A program made the translations under genes and the position numbers. A stretch of DNA of 64,000 bases from Phycisphaerales bacterium (GTDB lineage: Bacteria; Planctomycetota; Phycisphaerae; Phycisphaerales; UBA1924), in assembly GCA_040219655.1 (NCBI GenBank), contig JAVJSB010000003.1, positions 141,472 through 205,471 of the forward strand, given 5' to 3'. Below the pieces are notes generated by a model that was given only the letters and a program-made list of their open reading frames with translations, was not told the DNA's origin and searched no databases. This document shows positions 1 to 8,995 of the stretch, one piece after another. The first letter of the stretch is position 1. Each line of letters begins with the position of its first letter.

Positions 1-623
1 GCAGCGATGGCTTGGCGCTGGCGCGTCGCGGGGTCTCGGCGCGCCAGCACGGTCTTGCGCTGCAGGACGTGCGTGATGCTCGGCTGTTCTCGCCGGTCGT
101 CCTCGGGCACTTCGTACGCCACCCGGTCGCCCACGCACAGCTCGGTCTGCTGACGCCCGGCGAGGTCGGCGGGCAGCCGGCACGGCACGTCCGTCGTCTC
201 GTCGTGCGCGAGGACGCCATCGGTGACGGGTCGCACGACGCACCGGCGCTTGCCGACCTCGACCGCGACGCCCACGAGCGCGTCTTGGACGAGCCCCGAC
301 CGGGAGGGAGGGGTTTCCGACGCATCCCCTGGCGTGTGCTCCGCTCCCTCCCGGTCGCGGCTCGTCGGATCACCCGCGTGCATCCCCTCCGCGAGCTCGC
401 GTGCGAGGATCTTGAGGGCGACGAGGCGGACGGGGTCGCCGCTCGACCGCTTGGACGACCCGGGGCGCGGGTCATCGAGATCCTCGAACTTGCGACGCTC
501 GGACTTGCGACGCTTCTGGTCGTCCGCCCGTTTGGCGCGCGCGGCTGTGAAGATGCGGTCCTGCTCAGGCTTGGGGAGGGCTTTGAGTCGCGCTTCGAGT
601 TGTTGGCGCTGGTGGGGGTTCAA
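1..623 (-). CDS. rsgA: Ribosome small-subunit-dependent GTPase RsgA/YjeQ, 5' part (gene continues past left edge)
   Basis: Not in the ORF track (no ATG, no stop in window). My reverse translation reads ...VGVAVEVGKRRCVVRPVTDGVLAHDETTDVPCRLPADLAGRQQTELCVGDRVAYEV...ITHVLQRKTVLARRDPATRQRQAIA. This is the RsgA OB-fold pattern preceded by a basic K/R-rich extension. Codon position 3 is strongly G/C. Start uncertain: TTG at 623 or GTG at 275. Confidence 0.55.
   Translation of the reverse strand, partial: MNPHQRQQLEARLKALPKPEQDRIFTAARAKRADDQKRRKSERRKFEDLDDPRPGSSKRSSGDPVRLVALKILARELAEGMHAGDPTSRDREGAEHTPGDASETPPSRSGLVQDALVGVAVEVGKRRCVVRPVTDGVLAHDETTDVPCRLPADLAGRQQTELCVGDRVAYEVPEDDRREQPSITHVLQRKTVLARRDPATRQRQAIA
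290..364. repeat. 75-nt imperfect inverted repeat (family F), cgagccCCGACCGGGAGGGAG...CTCCCTCCCGGTCGcggctcg
   Basis: Arms are complementary. A second copy with the same termini lies at 41483..41552. This copy sits inside the open rsgA frame. Confidence 0.7.
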
Positions 624-680
624 TGGGTGATTGTTGGGCGCTGTGCACCCCGAATCTCCCCTATCTGACTGCCGCGAGCC

Positions 681-1664
681 TCATTCTGAGGAGTCTGCGT
701 CCGACAACCTGCCATCTCCGTACGTTCCGGCTTGGCGCAGAGACGGATCAGTGTCCATGAACAGGTCTCTGTCCAACGATGCCATCGGACGAAATGGAGC
801 AAGAACGCGATGCAATCTGTTGGTCGCGATCACAAAATCGCAATACGTTGGCTGCATCACGGATGCAGGCCACTTCTCATCAGACGCGATTGTCGGATCG
901 TTGAGTTCAATCAGAACGGAAAGCAATGCCATTGAGTAACCGGCGAGGTCTTCCCGTACGACTGATCCGCACCGAGCACTAGGGATGAGGTTTATACCCT
1001 GTAGCAATCCCCAGAGAGCATCCGCTCGAGACTCAGATGATCCAAAGGCCCTCTCTTGTGCGACGCGTTGCGCATTCACAAGCATGACGAGGTCGAAGTC
1101 TTCTGCCAGCCACTTGATTGCCATTAGAGTTTCAGGATCACCATCACTTGGGATGACCCCAAAGTTGCCCGGAACGGCTACATACAGAAGGGCTCCCTCT
1201 ATCATTTTGCTTCGGTGGTGCTCGCGCATGTCTGAGAACAGCCGGACCTGCTTGCCGAGCGAATCCTCTTCACAACCACCCTCTACCCAACTGCGTGCGG
1301 CGTCTGCTCTTAGCCGATTGAACTGAGCAAATCCCAGCAGGTTCTCTCTTACTTCGGCCGGGAGCGAATTCACGACCGACTGGTGGCTGTAGAAGTAGCT
1401 GTTGTAGAGTGCATCCAACTCAACGCTGGCCATCAACTCTTCCTTCGTGCTCGACTCACGAAGAGCTGCGTCATGTACCCAATCGTTTAATTGCGTTGTT
1501 TGTGCGACAGCTTGACCAATCAAACCAAGCCTAAGGGCAAGTCGCTGGCAAGAAACGAACTGCTCATTTGCACTGGCGAAGGTATCTTGAGAGGCCCATG
1601 TGGCCGAACCTGAAAATGCAACGCATACGAAGACGACAACTGCCCTGATTGCGTCAAACTTCAT
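681..1664 (-). CDS. Hypothetical secreted protein (orphan) on a low-GC island
   Basis: 327-aa ORF with N-terminal signal-like peptide MKFDAIRAVVVFVCVAFSGSATWA. Composition is normal (not R/P/A-biased), and local GC is clearly lower than the flanks. I recognise no family. Confidence 0.6.
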   Translation of the reverse strand: MKFDAIRAVVVFVCVAFSGSATWASQDTFASANEQFVSCQRLALRLGLIGQAVAQTTQLNDWVHDAALRESSTKEELMASVELDALYNSYFYSHQSVVNSLPAEVRENLLGFAQFNRLRADAARSWVEGGCEEDSLGKQVRLFSDMREHHRSKMIEGALLYVAVPGNFGVIPSDGDPETLMAIKWLAEDFDLVMLVNAQRVAQERAFGSSESRADALWGLLQGINLIPSARCGSVVREDLAGYSMALLSVLIELNDPTIASDEKWPASVMQPTYCDFVIATNRLHRVLAPFRPMASLDRDLFMDTDPSLRQAGTYGDGRLSDADSSE

Positions 1665-1799
1665 CGCTCAGACCTCCGCTCGTGACTCGTATCCAATAGG
1701 ATCGTGTCACGCCAGAGATTGCTTGAGTCGTCTCGCTAGCGAGCAAGCCGATAGGCGGATGTCGGTCATTCTCTGGGAATTCTCGGACGCTCTCACATT

Positions 1800-3524
1800 T
1801 CATTCCGGCAGCTTCTCCAACTCCTTCTCCACACGCTCGACCAGCCGCGCCACCGTCGCGTCCCCAAAGTCGAAGGGCAGGTCGGCCGCTTCGAACAGCT
1901 CGGGCAGCGGGCGTGAGCCGCCCAGCGAGAGGGCCTTGCGGTACGCCGCCAGCGCCGGGCCCTCGCCCTCTTCGAGGGATTTGAGCCAGATGCCCAGCGC
2001 GCCGAGCTGGGCGATGCCGTACTCGACGTAGTAGAACGGCACGCCGTAGAGGTGGCTCTGGCGCTGCCAGATGAAGGGGCGGTAGGCCTCGAGCCCGGAC
2101 CAATCGACGGCGTGCCCGAAGCGGTCGTCGAGCCCGAGCCACGCGGCGGCGCGCTCGTCGCGCGTGTGCGTCGGGTTGGTGTAGACCCAGTGCTGGAAGG
2201 CGTCGATCGTCGCGATCCAGGGGAGCAGCCCGATGGAGCCCTCCATCTGCTTGCGCCGGGCGCGGTTCGCGTCGGACGCGTCGGGGTAGTACGCGTCCCA
2301 GTAGGGCATGGTCATGAGCTCCATCGTCATGCTCGCGACCTCGGCGAACTCGATTGGGCTCTCGCGGTAGTGCACGAGGGGCTCATCGACGCAGAGCATC
2401 GAGTGGAAGGCGTGCCCGGCTTCGTGGACCATCGTCTCGACGTCGCGGTGCAGGCCGGCGGCGTTCATGAAGATGAAGGGGACGCGCGAGCGGTCCTGCA
2501 TGTACTGGTACCCGCCGGGCGCCTTGCCCTTGCGGCTGTCAAGGTCCATGAGCTGCCCGGTGGTGATGCCCTGGTCGTTGGAGCCGTCGCCGAGGGATCG
2601 GAACATGTCGCCGAGCTTGGGGTCGAGCTTGTCGAAGACGGTGCGCGTCTTGGCGACGAGGTCCGCGCCGTTCGTGAAGGGCTTGAGCGGCGCCCGGCCC
2701 TTGGGGTCGACCGACAAGTCCCACGGGCGGAGCGAATCGACGCCGAGCTCGGCTTTGCGCTTGGCGTCCAGGCGTTTGACGAATGGCATGACGTGCTTCT
2801 CGATCGCGTCGTGGAACGCGAAGCACATCTCGGGGGTGTAGTCGAAGCGGCCCTTGGCTTTGAAGGCGTAGCCGACGAAGTTGTCAAAGCCGGCGTTGAG
2901 CGCCATCCGGTGGCGCTTTTCGATCATGTCGTCGTAGAGCTTGCTGAGCTTTTCCTCGTCGGCGATGCGCCGATCGGCGGTGACGCGCCAGGCCTGCTCG
3001 CGCACGGACCGGTCCTGCGATTCCTGGTACGTGCCCATCTGGGGGAGGGTCTTCTCGTCGCCGTCGAACTCGACGGTCATCGCGCCGATGGTCGCGTCGT
3101 ACTGCTGGTCCATCTTGGCGAGCTCGGTCTGGATGGGCACGTTCTCGTCGCGGTAGAGCTCGACGCCGGCCTTGACGTCGCGTTCGAGGACGGAGTACCG
3201 CTCGGCCGGCAGCGCGTGCACCTCGGCGAGTGCCGCCTGGCGCTTGTCGAGCTCGAAGCTCGCGGGCTTGAGCTTGGGCATGACGTTCTCGACGAAGTCG
3301 AGGTACGCCTTCTCCTTGTCCTTGTCGGCGGTGTCGCAGGTCATGTTGACGTAGCGCTTCGCGGCGGACTCGCTCACGGCGGCGTCGAGTTCGGAGCGAT
3401 CCAGCAGCCAGCGCTCGAAGTCCTCGATCGATTCGACCGGGCGGTTCTGCAGCTCGGTGTAGAGCGGCTCGACGACCTCCCAGGAGTGGGCGTCGAACTC
3501 GGCGGGCACGAAGTCGGTCATCAT
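1800..3524 (-). CDS. pepF: M3-family oligoendopeptidase F
   Basis: HEAGHAFH zinc motif (HExxH), length and overall M3B-like sequence. The track ORF extends to 3599, but MMTDFVPAEFD (3524) is the more likely start. Confidence 0.85.
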   Translation of the reverse strand: MMTDFVPAEFDAHSWEVVEPLYTELQNRPVESIEDFERWLLDRSELDAAVSESAAKRYVNMTCDTADKDKEKAYLDFVENVMPKLKPASFELDKRQAALAEVHALPAERYSVLERDVKAGVELYRDENVPIQTELAKMDQQYDATIGAMTVEFDGDEKTLPQMGTYQESQDRSVREQAWRVTADRRIADEEKLSKLYDDMIEKRHRMALNAGFDNFVGYAFKAKGRFDYTPEMCFAFHDAIEKHVMPFVKRLDAKRKAELGVDSLRPWDLSVDPKGRAPLKPFTNGADLVAKTRTVFDKLDPKLGDMFRSLGDGSNDQGITTGQLMDLDSRKGKAPGGYQYMQDRSRVPFIFMNAAGLHRDVETMVHEAGHAFHSMLCVDEPLVHYRESPIEFAEVASMTMELMTMPYWDAYYPDASDANRARRKQMEGSIGLLPWIATIDAFQHWVYTNPTHTRDERAAAWLGLDDRFGHAVDWSGLEAYRPFIWQRQSHLYGVPFYYVEYGIAQLGALGIWLKSLEEGEGPALAAYRKALSLGGSRPLPELFEAADLPFDFGDATVARLVERVEKELEKLPE

Positions 3525-3584
3525 CTGCGTCACGAGAGCCTCCTTGAGGCGTGATGGTACGGGGCTCCCGACATGACGACCGTC

Positions 3585-3689
3585 GGGTGCCATGGGCACG
3601 CGGATCGGGTGCCATGGGCAAGCGGAGCTTGCCCGTGATCGTTCTGTTCAGGTTCAGAGCACGGGCAAACAAGTTTGCCCATGGCACCC
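3585..3689. repeat. GTGCC-capped double-hairpin element (copy D1)
   Basis: gggtgccatgggcaagcggagcttgcccgtg...cacgggcaaacaagtttgcccatggcaccc. Its reverse complement matches 6282..6365 at both termini. It also has an extra partial duplication of gggtgccatgggca at the left end. It ends 19 nt after the cca stop. Confidence 0.8.
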
Positions 3690-3707
3690 ATCTCACGCCC
3701 ATCCGTG

Positions 3708-4982
3708 TCAGGCGATCAACACGCCGTGCTCGGGCGCTCGGTTCCGGGCCATCGCCAGCGCGTCGTCGGCGGAGATCACGCGCCCCTCGAGCTGGGCGTC
3801 GTAGACCGCGTCGAGCAGGTCGCCGAAGCCCGGGCCCGGCTGGAATCCGCGCTCGACGAGCGCATCGCCATCGATGAGCGCGGCGGGCGCGAGCCCGACG
3901 CCGTCGCGCGCCAGGGCGCGGACGTCCGACTCGTACCGGTCCGCGGCGGCCGCGTCGATCGAGCGGAGCAAGCACAAGCCTTCCGGAGCGCGCGGCGTGG
4001 ACGCGAGGCGCTTGCGCGCGGCGACGCTGAGCTCGGGCCAATCGCGGAGCACGGCGCCGGCGAAGTCGAGCGTGTGCGCATACTCGCGGGCTTCGTCGCC
4101 CGAGAGGTTCAGCGCGGCGCGCCACCCGAACCCGGCGGCGCCCGAGGCGCTCAACGCCGGCGCGCCGATCCGGTCGTGGGTCCACGCGGCGAGCGCGGTC
4201 ATCGCGTCCGCCGCCGCGTCGAGGTTGCCGAGTGTGGTCAGCGGGCGGTCGGGCAGGCGCTCGCCGAAGATCGGGGCGTCAAGCCCCAGGTCGGTCAGCG
4301 TGCGCGCGGCACGGGCGCGCGTCGGGTGCCCCATCATGCGGCGGACCTCGTCGCCGACGCGCTCGATCGAGACACCCGCGAGCTCGCGCGCGTGCTCGCG
4401 GATCGCGTCCGCCGTGCCCGGGTCGATCGTCAGGCCGTACTTCGCGGCGAACCGGACCGCCCGCAGCGCCCGGAGATGGTCCTCGGCGAGCCGCGCGCTG
4501 GGGTCGCCCACCGCGCGCAGGACGCGGGCGTTCACGTCCGCGACGCCGCCCACGTGGTCGATGATCTGCGCGGCGGGGTCGTCGGCGAGCGGGTCGATGA
4601 ATAGCGCGTTGATCGTGAAGTCGCGGCGGTGCGCGTCCTCCTCGGCGGTCGCGAACTCCACGTGGTCCGGGCGGCGGGCGTCGGAGTACGGCCCGTCCGT
4701 GCGGAACGTCGCGACCTCGACGGTGGGCCCGAACTCCCGCACCAACACCACGCCGAAGCTCGCGCCGACCTCGGCGGTGCGCGTGAAGAGGTTGGTGATC
4801 GCGTCCGGGCGGGCATCCGTCGCGACGTCGTAGTCCTTGGGATCGACGCCCAGCAGCTCGTCGCGGACGCACCCGCCGGCGAAGTACGCGGCGTGCCCCT
4901 CGGCGCGCAGGCGGCGCACGATCGCCAGCGCGGCGTCGCGTTCGCTCACGTCGGATGGGTCGGGCAGCGGGGGCACGCCCAA
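3708..4982 (-). CDS. cca: CCA-adding tRNA nucleotidyltransferase / poly(A) polymerase family
   Basis: FAGGCVRDELLG, DYDVAT and RRDFTINAL motifs of class II nucleotidyltransferases. Confidence 0.85.
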   Translation of the reverse strand: MGVPPLPDPSDVSERDAALAIVRRLRAEGHAAYFAGGCVRDELLGVDPKDYDVATDARPDAITNLFTRTAEVGASFGVVLVREFGPTVEVATFRTDGPYSDARRPDHVEFATAEEDAHRRDFTINALFIDPLADDPAAQIIDHVGGVADVNARVLRAVGDPSARLAEDHLRALRAVRFAAKYGLTIDPGTADAIREHARELAGVSIERVGDEVRRMMGHPTRARAARTLTDLGLDAPIFGERLPDRPLTTLGNLDAAADAMTALAAWTHDRIGAPALSASGAAGFGWRAALNLSGDEAREYAHTLDFAGAVLRDWPELSVAARKRLASTPRAPEGLCLLRSIDAAAADRYESDVRALARDGVGLAPAALIDGDALVERGFQPGPGFGDLLDAVYDAQLEGRVISADDALAMARNRAPEHGVLIA

Positions 4983-5006
4983 GCGTACCCCGAAACCGGC
5001 GGATCG

Positions 5007-5082
5007 ATCCGAGCCGCGGGCGTGGGCACGCGGTCAGGTTCGGCGCTGGAATCTCCGCGCGGCTGAAGCCCGCGGCTCGGGA
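5007..5082. repeat. Family C inverted repeat (tccgagccgcgggc ... gcccgcggctcggga)
   Basis: Related copies at 23538..23615, 26924..26950, 28003..28084 and 28145..28173. It lies just 3' of the stop of the 5091..5693 gene. Confidence 0.7.
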
Positions 5083-5090
5083 CGGACGGC

Positions 5091-5693
5091 TCAGCGGCGG
5101 CGACGGACCGCGACGAGCCCGCCCAGCCCCAGCACGGCGGCGGTCGCGGGCATCGGCACGGCGCTGGGCTCGAGCTTGTACGTGTACACCTGCGAATCGC
5201 TCATCAGACCCGAGAGATCCCGAAAGACGAACGAGGCCTCCCAGACGCCCTTGCTGTCGTCGAACCCGGGATTGGTGTAGTCGATCTCCCAGACCGCGTT
5301 GCGGACGAAGCTCGTCCCGCCCGTGCCGATCGAGTACTGCTCGCCGGCCGACGAGATCGGGCCCGCGGCCAGGTCGTCCGGATCCCAGAGCTGCACGCCC
5401 GTGTCGAAGGAGACGATCTCGATGACAATCTTCGAGCCCGCGTCGATCGGGTTCAGGTCGATCGCCGGGTTGGGGACGGGCCACTCCTCGAAATTCAGCC
5501 CGTCGTCGATCAGTCCGGCAAACCCGGGCTCGGTCCGCCACGCCTTGTGCGTGACGTCCCACAGGAAATCGACCTTGATCTGACCCGACGAGTCCTGCCC
5601 GATGCGCCAGCCGTACGGGTGCGCTTCCGCGCTGGGCGTGGCGACGGTCACGGCGCCGACAGCGGCGGCGACGATCGCGGCGTGCTTCAACAT
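5091..5693 (-). CDS. Secreted protein with PEP-CTERM-like C-terminal anchor
   Basis: Signal peptide MLKHAAIVAAAVGAVTVATPSAEA. C-terminus is VPMPATAAVLGLGGLVAVRRRR (P-x-P, TM helix, Arg cluster). Strong SD aaggaggag upstream. Confidence 0.75.
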   Translation of the reverse strand: MLKHAAIVAAAVGAVTVATPSAEAHPYGWRIGQDSSGQIKVDFLWDVTHKAWRTEPGFAGLIDDGLNFEEWPVPNPAIDLNPIDAGSKIVIEIVSFDTGVQLWDPDDLAAGPISSAGEQYSIGTGGTSFVRNAVWEIDYTNPGFDDSKGVWEASFVFRDLSGLMSDSQVYTYKLEPSAVPMPATAAVLGLGGLVAVRRRR

Positions 5694-5833
5694 CCTGAGT
5701 CTCCTCCTTGGCGCGGCCGGATCCCCACCCGGCCCATCGGCATCATCGCGGTTCGAGCGCCCGGATCAACCCCCAACCCGTGGATTGGGCCTGCCCGGCG
5801 TGATCGGCGGCGGGTTCTCGGGCGATGGTCGGG

Positions 5834-6205
5834 TTACCCGCGCTGGTTCGCCCGGCACTCCTCGAGGAACGCCACGCCGCGCCGGAGGTGCGGGATGACG
5901 ATGGACCCGCCCACGACGAGCCCGATGTCCATCGCTTCGAGGATCTCCTCGTCGGTGAGCCCCTGCCGCACGCACTGGTCGAGGTGGTAGGCGACGCAGT
6001 CGTCGCACCGGAGGACGAGGCTCGCGGTGAGCCCGAGGAGCTCCTTGGTCTTTCGATCGAGCGCGCCGTCGTCGTACACCTTCTCGTCGAGGGTGAAGAA
6101 GCGCTTGGTGACGAGCGACCCGCGCGCGAGGATCTTCTCGTTGAGCTCGGTCCGGAACTTCTGGAACTCGTCGTAACGGCTCATGCCGAAGGTTAGGGGT
6201 GCCAC
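5834..6205 (-). CDS. Carboxymuconolactone decarboxylase (AhpD-like) family protein
   Basis: TKELLGLTASLVLRCDDCVAYH, the CxxC-containing CMD-domain signature. The start may instead be MSRYDEF at 6184. Confidence 0.75.
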   Translation of the reverse strand: MAPLTFGMSRYDEFQKFRTELNEKILARGSLVTKRFFTLDEKVYDDGALDRKTKELLGLTASLVLRCDDCVAYHLDQCVRQGLTDEEILEAMDIGLVVGGSIVIPHLRRGVAFLEECRANQRG

Positions 6206-6281
6206 CGATCTCGCGTGCCGGCTCGCGTGCAGCCGCCCCGCGGGCCCCGGTGCTGGGAGTCTGGGTCGGTTGTTAAACGCC

Positions 6282-6365
6282 GGGTGCCATGGGCAAACTT
6301 GTTTGCCCGTGCCCCTGGCTCGCGAGTCAGATCACACGGGCAAGCTGAGCTCGCCCATGGCACCC
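6282..6365. repeat. GTGCC-capped double-hairpin element (copy D2, inverted relative to D1)
   Basis: gggtgccatgggcaaacttgtttgcccgtgc...cacgggcaagctgagctcgcccatggcaccc. It ends 21 nt after the stop of the methyltransferase gene. Confidence 0.8.
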
Positions 6366-6385
6366 AAGCGCCTTGGAGTCAGGTG

Positions 6386-7063
6386 TTATGCCTTCTTGCG
6401 CGCGATCAGCACGCCCTCGCGGATCGGCACGTTCGCCGAATCGTACTGATCGGACTCGGCGACCAGGCGGTTGAACTCGTCCGCCCCGTCGCGCGATTCG
6501 TGCGAGCCCATGGGGTCGTCGATCCACCAGTCCGCCCCGCCGCCCAGCGAGTTGTCCGCGACGAGCAGCCCGCCCGGGCGCAGCAGTTCGGTCGCGTAGG
6601 GCAGGTAATCGGGGTACTCGCTCTTGATGGCGTCGAGAAAGACCATGCCCACCGAGCCCGCGCCGAGCTCTTGCACAAACGCCGGCAGGACATCGAGGGC
6701 GAACCCGCGCCGGATCTCGACGGACTCGCCCACGCCCGCCGCGATGAACTCGGCGGCGGCGAAGTCCGCGTGCTTCGCCTCGGGCTCGACGGTGATCAGC
6801 CTGCCGCCCTCGGCGAGCCCGCGGGCGATCCAGATGCCCGAATACCCCGCGAGCGTGCCCAGCTCGACGGCCGTGCGCACGTTCGCGGTCTTCGCCAGCA
6901 GCGTGAGCAGCCGCCCGACGGACGGCGACACGGCGATATCGGGGATGCCCGCCTCGATCGCGCGCGGCATCAGCGTGCGGAGCTGGTCGTCTTCGCGACC
7001 GAAGACCTCGTCGAGGTAATCGCACGTCGCGTGCCAGCGCTCGTTGGTCATGTGGACGGGCAT
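6386..7063 (-). CDS. Class I SAM-dependent O-methyltransferase (family 3, caffeoyl-CoA OMT-like)
   Basis: VELGTLAGYSGIWIARGL...GRLITVEPE...VFLDAIKSEYPDYL...LLRPGGLLVADN. Start taken at MPVHMTNERW; the track ORF extends to 7168 through a repeat. Confidence 0.8.
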   Translation of the reverse strand: MPVHMTNERWHATCDYLDEVFGREDDQLRTLMPRAIEAGIPDIAVSPSVGRLLTLLAKTANVRTAVELGTLAGYSGIWIARGLAEGGRLITVEPEAKHADFAAAEFIAAGVGESVEIRRGFALDVLPAFVQELGAGSVGMVFLDAIKSEYPDYLPYATELLRPGGLLVADNSLGGGADWWIDDPMGSHESRDGADEFNRLVAESDQYDSANVPIREGVLIARKKA

Positions 7064-7114
7064 GGGGGCTCCGAGCTCGGTTCTGCCTGTTGGATCGCCC
7101 GAGGGTCGATCCCC

Positions 7115-7193
7115 GTGCCACTGACCCGTCCTCGGGTCAGTGTCTTGTCGGATCACGCTTGGTCGCACTGACCCGAGGACGGGTCAGTGGCAC
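7115..7193. repeat. GTGCC-capped double-hairpin element (copy E)
   Basis: gtgccACTGACCCgtcctcGGGTCAGTg...cACTGACCCgaggacGGGTCAGTggcac: two perfect 9-bp hairpins. It ends 24 nt after the stop of the TlpA-like gene. Confidence 0.8.
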
Positions 7194-7216
7194 GAATCCA
7201 AACTGTCAAACAAAGC

Positions 7217-8545
7217 CTAGTCGTTGAGAAGGCTCTGGATGATCGCGTCGATGCGCGCTCGTTGCTCGCGGTAGGCCTCGCCCGTCGCGGGCCCGTTGAA
7301 CCCGGTGAGGACCTCGACCACCTCGTTGTGCTCGTTCATGAAGAGCATGGTGGGGTACGACCGAACCCTGTCGAGGGCGCGGAAGGTCTTGGTCGCGTCC
7401 GCCTTGTCGCGGTTGCCGGCGACCAGGACGGGCCAGTCCGCGCCGTGGCGCTCCTGATAGCGTCGGACCTGGCGGGCCGAGCGTTCGAAATCGCTGGTCG
7501 CTTCGAACGCCACGCCGACCACCGCGAGGCCCGGGTGGGTCTCCCGAAGATCGACGAGCTCGCGGGCGGCGTCTGTGCAGTTCGGGCACCACGTGCCGAA
7601 GATCTCGACGATCCGAGCCTTGCCCCCCAGCTCATCGAGCACGTCCACCACGCGGCGCTCGGCGCCCGTGTCTGCATCGCGGAACGCGATCGACTCGAGC
7701 GCCGACGCGTCGGACACGACCGACTCGGCGAAGGGGTCGGGCAGCGTCGCGGCCGCGTCCTTCTCGGCGCCCCAGCTCTCGATCCACCAATCGCCCGACG
7801 CGAACAGCCCCCACATCTTGCCGTCGCGTTGGCGGTTGCCGACGATCGTGAAGGCGTGCGCGCCGTCGAACGTGCTGAGCTCGAGCGTGCCGATCACGTC
7901 GCGCGCGAGGATCGGGTCGCCCGGGCCCCACTCGCGCAGGGTGGGCTCGTAGCGACCGGCGAGGTAGCGGTAGTCGCCCGTGGGCGTGCGGACGGTGCCC
8001 GTCGCGCCGCCGTAGCGGTCCACTTCGAATTCACCGATCGCCTCGCCCGACTGGTCGAAGGTGATCGCCCAGCGGCCGGAGACCTCCTCGGGCGCGTCGC
8101 GGTCGATCGCGATGGCCGGTCGGCGGGTGCCCTCGATCCAATCGACGGGCACCGCGACCGCGTCGAGCGTCGCGACGCCCCGGTCGCCCCGATCGATCCG
8201 CCAGGTCCCCTCGGCGCCGACGCGCCCGTCGGGCCGCTTGGCCGACTCGAGATAGACCCGCGCGTCGTAGTGCGGGAACCCGAGCAGCAGCGTCGTCGCC
8301 GAGCGCTCGACGACCGGGACCTCGATCCGCTCGGGCCCGTTGCGGATCACGGCGCGGCAGCGCTCGGGGTTCTGGCCGATCGTCTCGAGATCGAACGTCG
8401 TCTCGATCGCCGGCGCGTCGCTCGTGCCGGTGCGCAGGGAAAGCAGGTACCGCCCGTCGGGGAGCGGTTCGGGCGAGCACCCGCCCGTGATCAGGCCCAG
8501 CGCCAGACCCAACGCGGCGATCGATGTCGGAAGCAATCGCATCAT
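7217..8545 (-). CDS. Lipoprotein with C-terminal TlpA/thioredoxin-like (redoxin) domain
   Basis: Lipobox LGLITGGC. C-terminal VEIFGTWCPNCTDAARELV CxxC thioredoxin-fold motif. The N-terminal ~270 aa are unassigned. Confidence 0.8.
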   Translation of the reverse strand: MMRLLPTSIAALGLALGLITGGCSPEPLPDGRYLLSLRTGTSDAPAIETTFDLETIGQNPERCRAVIRNGPERIEVPVVERSATTLLLGFPHYDARVYLESAKRPDGRVGAEGTWRIDRGDRGVATLDAVAVPVDWIEGTRRPAIAIDRDAPEEVSGRWAITFDQSGEAIGEFEVDRYGGATGTVRTPTGDYRYLAGRYEPTLREWGPGDPILARDVIGTLELSTFDGAHAFTIVGNRQRDGKMWGLFASGDWWIESWGAEKDAAATLPDPFAESVVSDASALESIAFRDADTGAERRVVDVLDELGGKARIVEIFGTWCPNCTDAARELVDLRETHPGLAVVGVAFEATSDFERSARQVRRYQERHGADWPVLVAGNRDKADATKTFRALDRVRSYPTMLFMNEHNEVVEVLTGFNGPATGEAYREQRARIDAIIQSLLND

Positions 8546-8581
8546 GCCCGAACCCTACGGCCCGGACGGGCGCCGTGTTGC

Positions 8582-8995
8582 TCAGCCGTCGCCCGGCCGC
8601 CCGCCGCGCCCGCGGCCCTGGCCCTGCTGGCCCTGCTGCGGGCGGTCGTCCGCATCGTCGCGGTCGTCATCCCGCTCGTCCTCGTCCGGGCGGTTGCCGT
8701 CGCGGTCCTGCGCCGGGCGGTCGTCGACGCGGACCGAATCGCGCCCGACGGTCGAGGTTCCCACGTGCCGCAGCTCGCCCGACCCGCGGTCGAACTGCCA
8801 GATGTAGACGGTGCGCCCATCGTCGGACTGTGTGAAGTGCGACTGCCCCTGGAACGCGCCGCGCTGCGGCTGACGGTCCTGCTGCCCGCGCTGTTGGTTG
8901 CCGCGTTGCTGGGGCTGCATCGCGATCATGCCCAGGGCGGTTGTCGCGATCACACCGAGCGCCAGACCCGAGCCGAACGTTTTCGTGGTTGCCAT
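8582..8995 (-). CDS. Hypothetical small secreted/membrane-anchored low-complexity protein
   Basis: N-terminal hydrophobic segment. Contains Q/R/G-rich and D/R-rich tracts. SD aaggag sits ~6 nt upstream of the ATG. Confidence 0.6.
   Translation of the reverse strand: MATTKTFGSGLALGVIATTALGMIAMQPQQRGNQQRGQQDRQPQRGAFQGQSHFTQSDDGRTVYIWQFDRGSGELRHVGTSTVGRDSVRVDDRPAQDRDGNRPDEDERDDDRDDADDRPQQGQQGQGRGRGGRPGDG

Noticed and set aside
12-668. 218-aa + strand ORF (and the nested 223..630 ORF)
   Set aside because: The R/A/G/P-rich translation has no protein-like pattern. The opposite strand in this interval translates to a recognisable RsgA N-terminus, so this is an antisense artefact of high GC.
3585-6365. 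Composite transposon bounded by the inverted D1/D2 elements
   Set aside because: There is no transposase or target-site duplication, and the enclosed genes are housekeeping-like (cca, CMD). The elements belong to a wider REP-like family.
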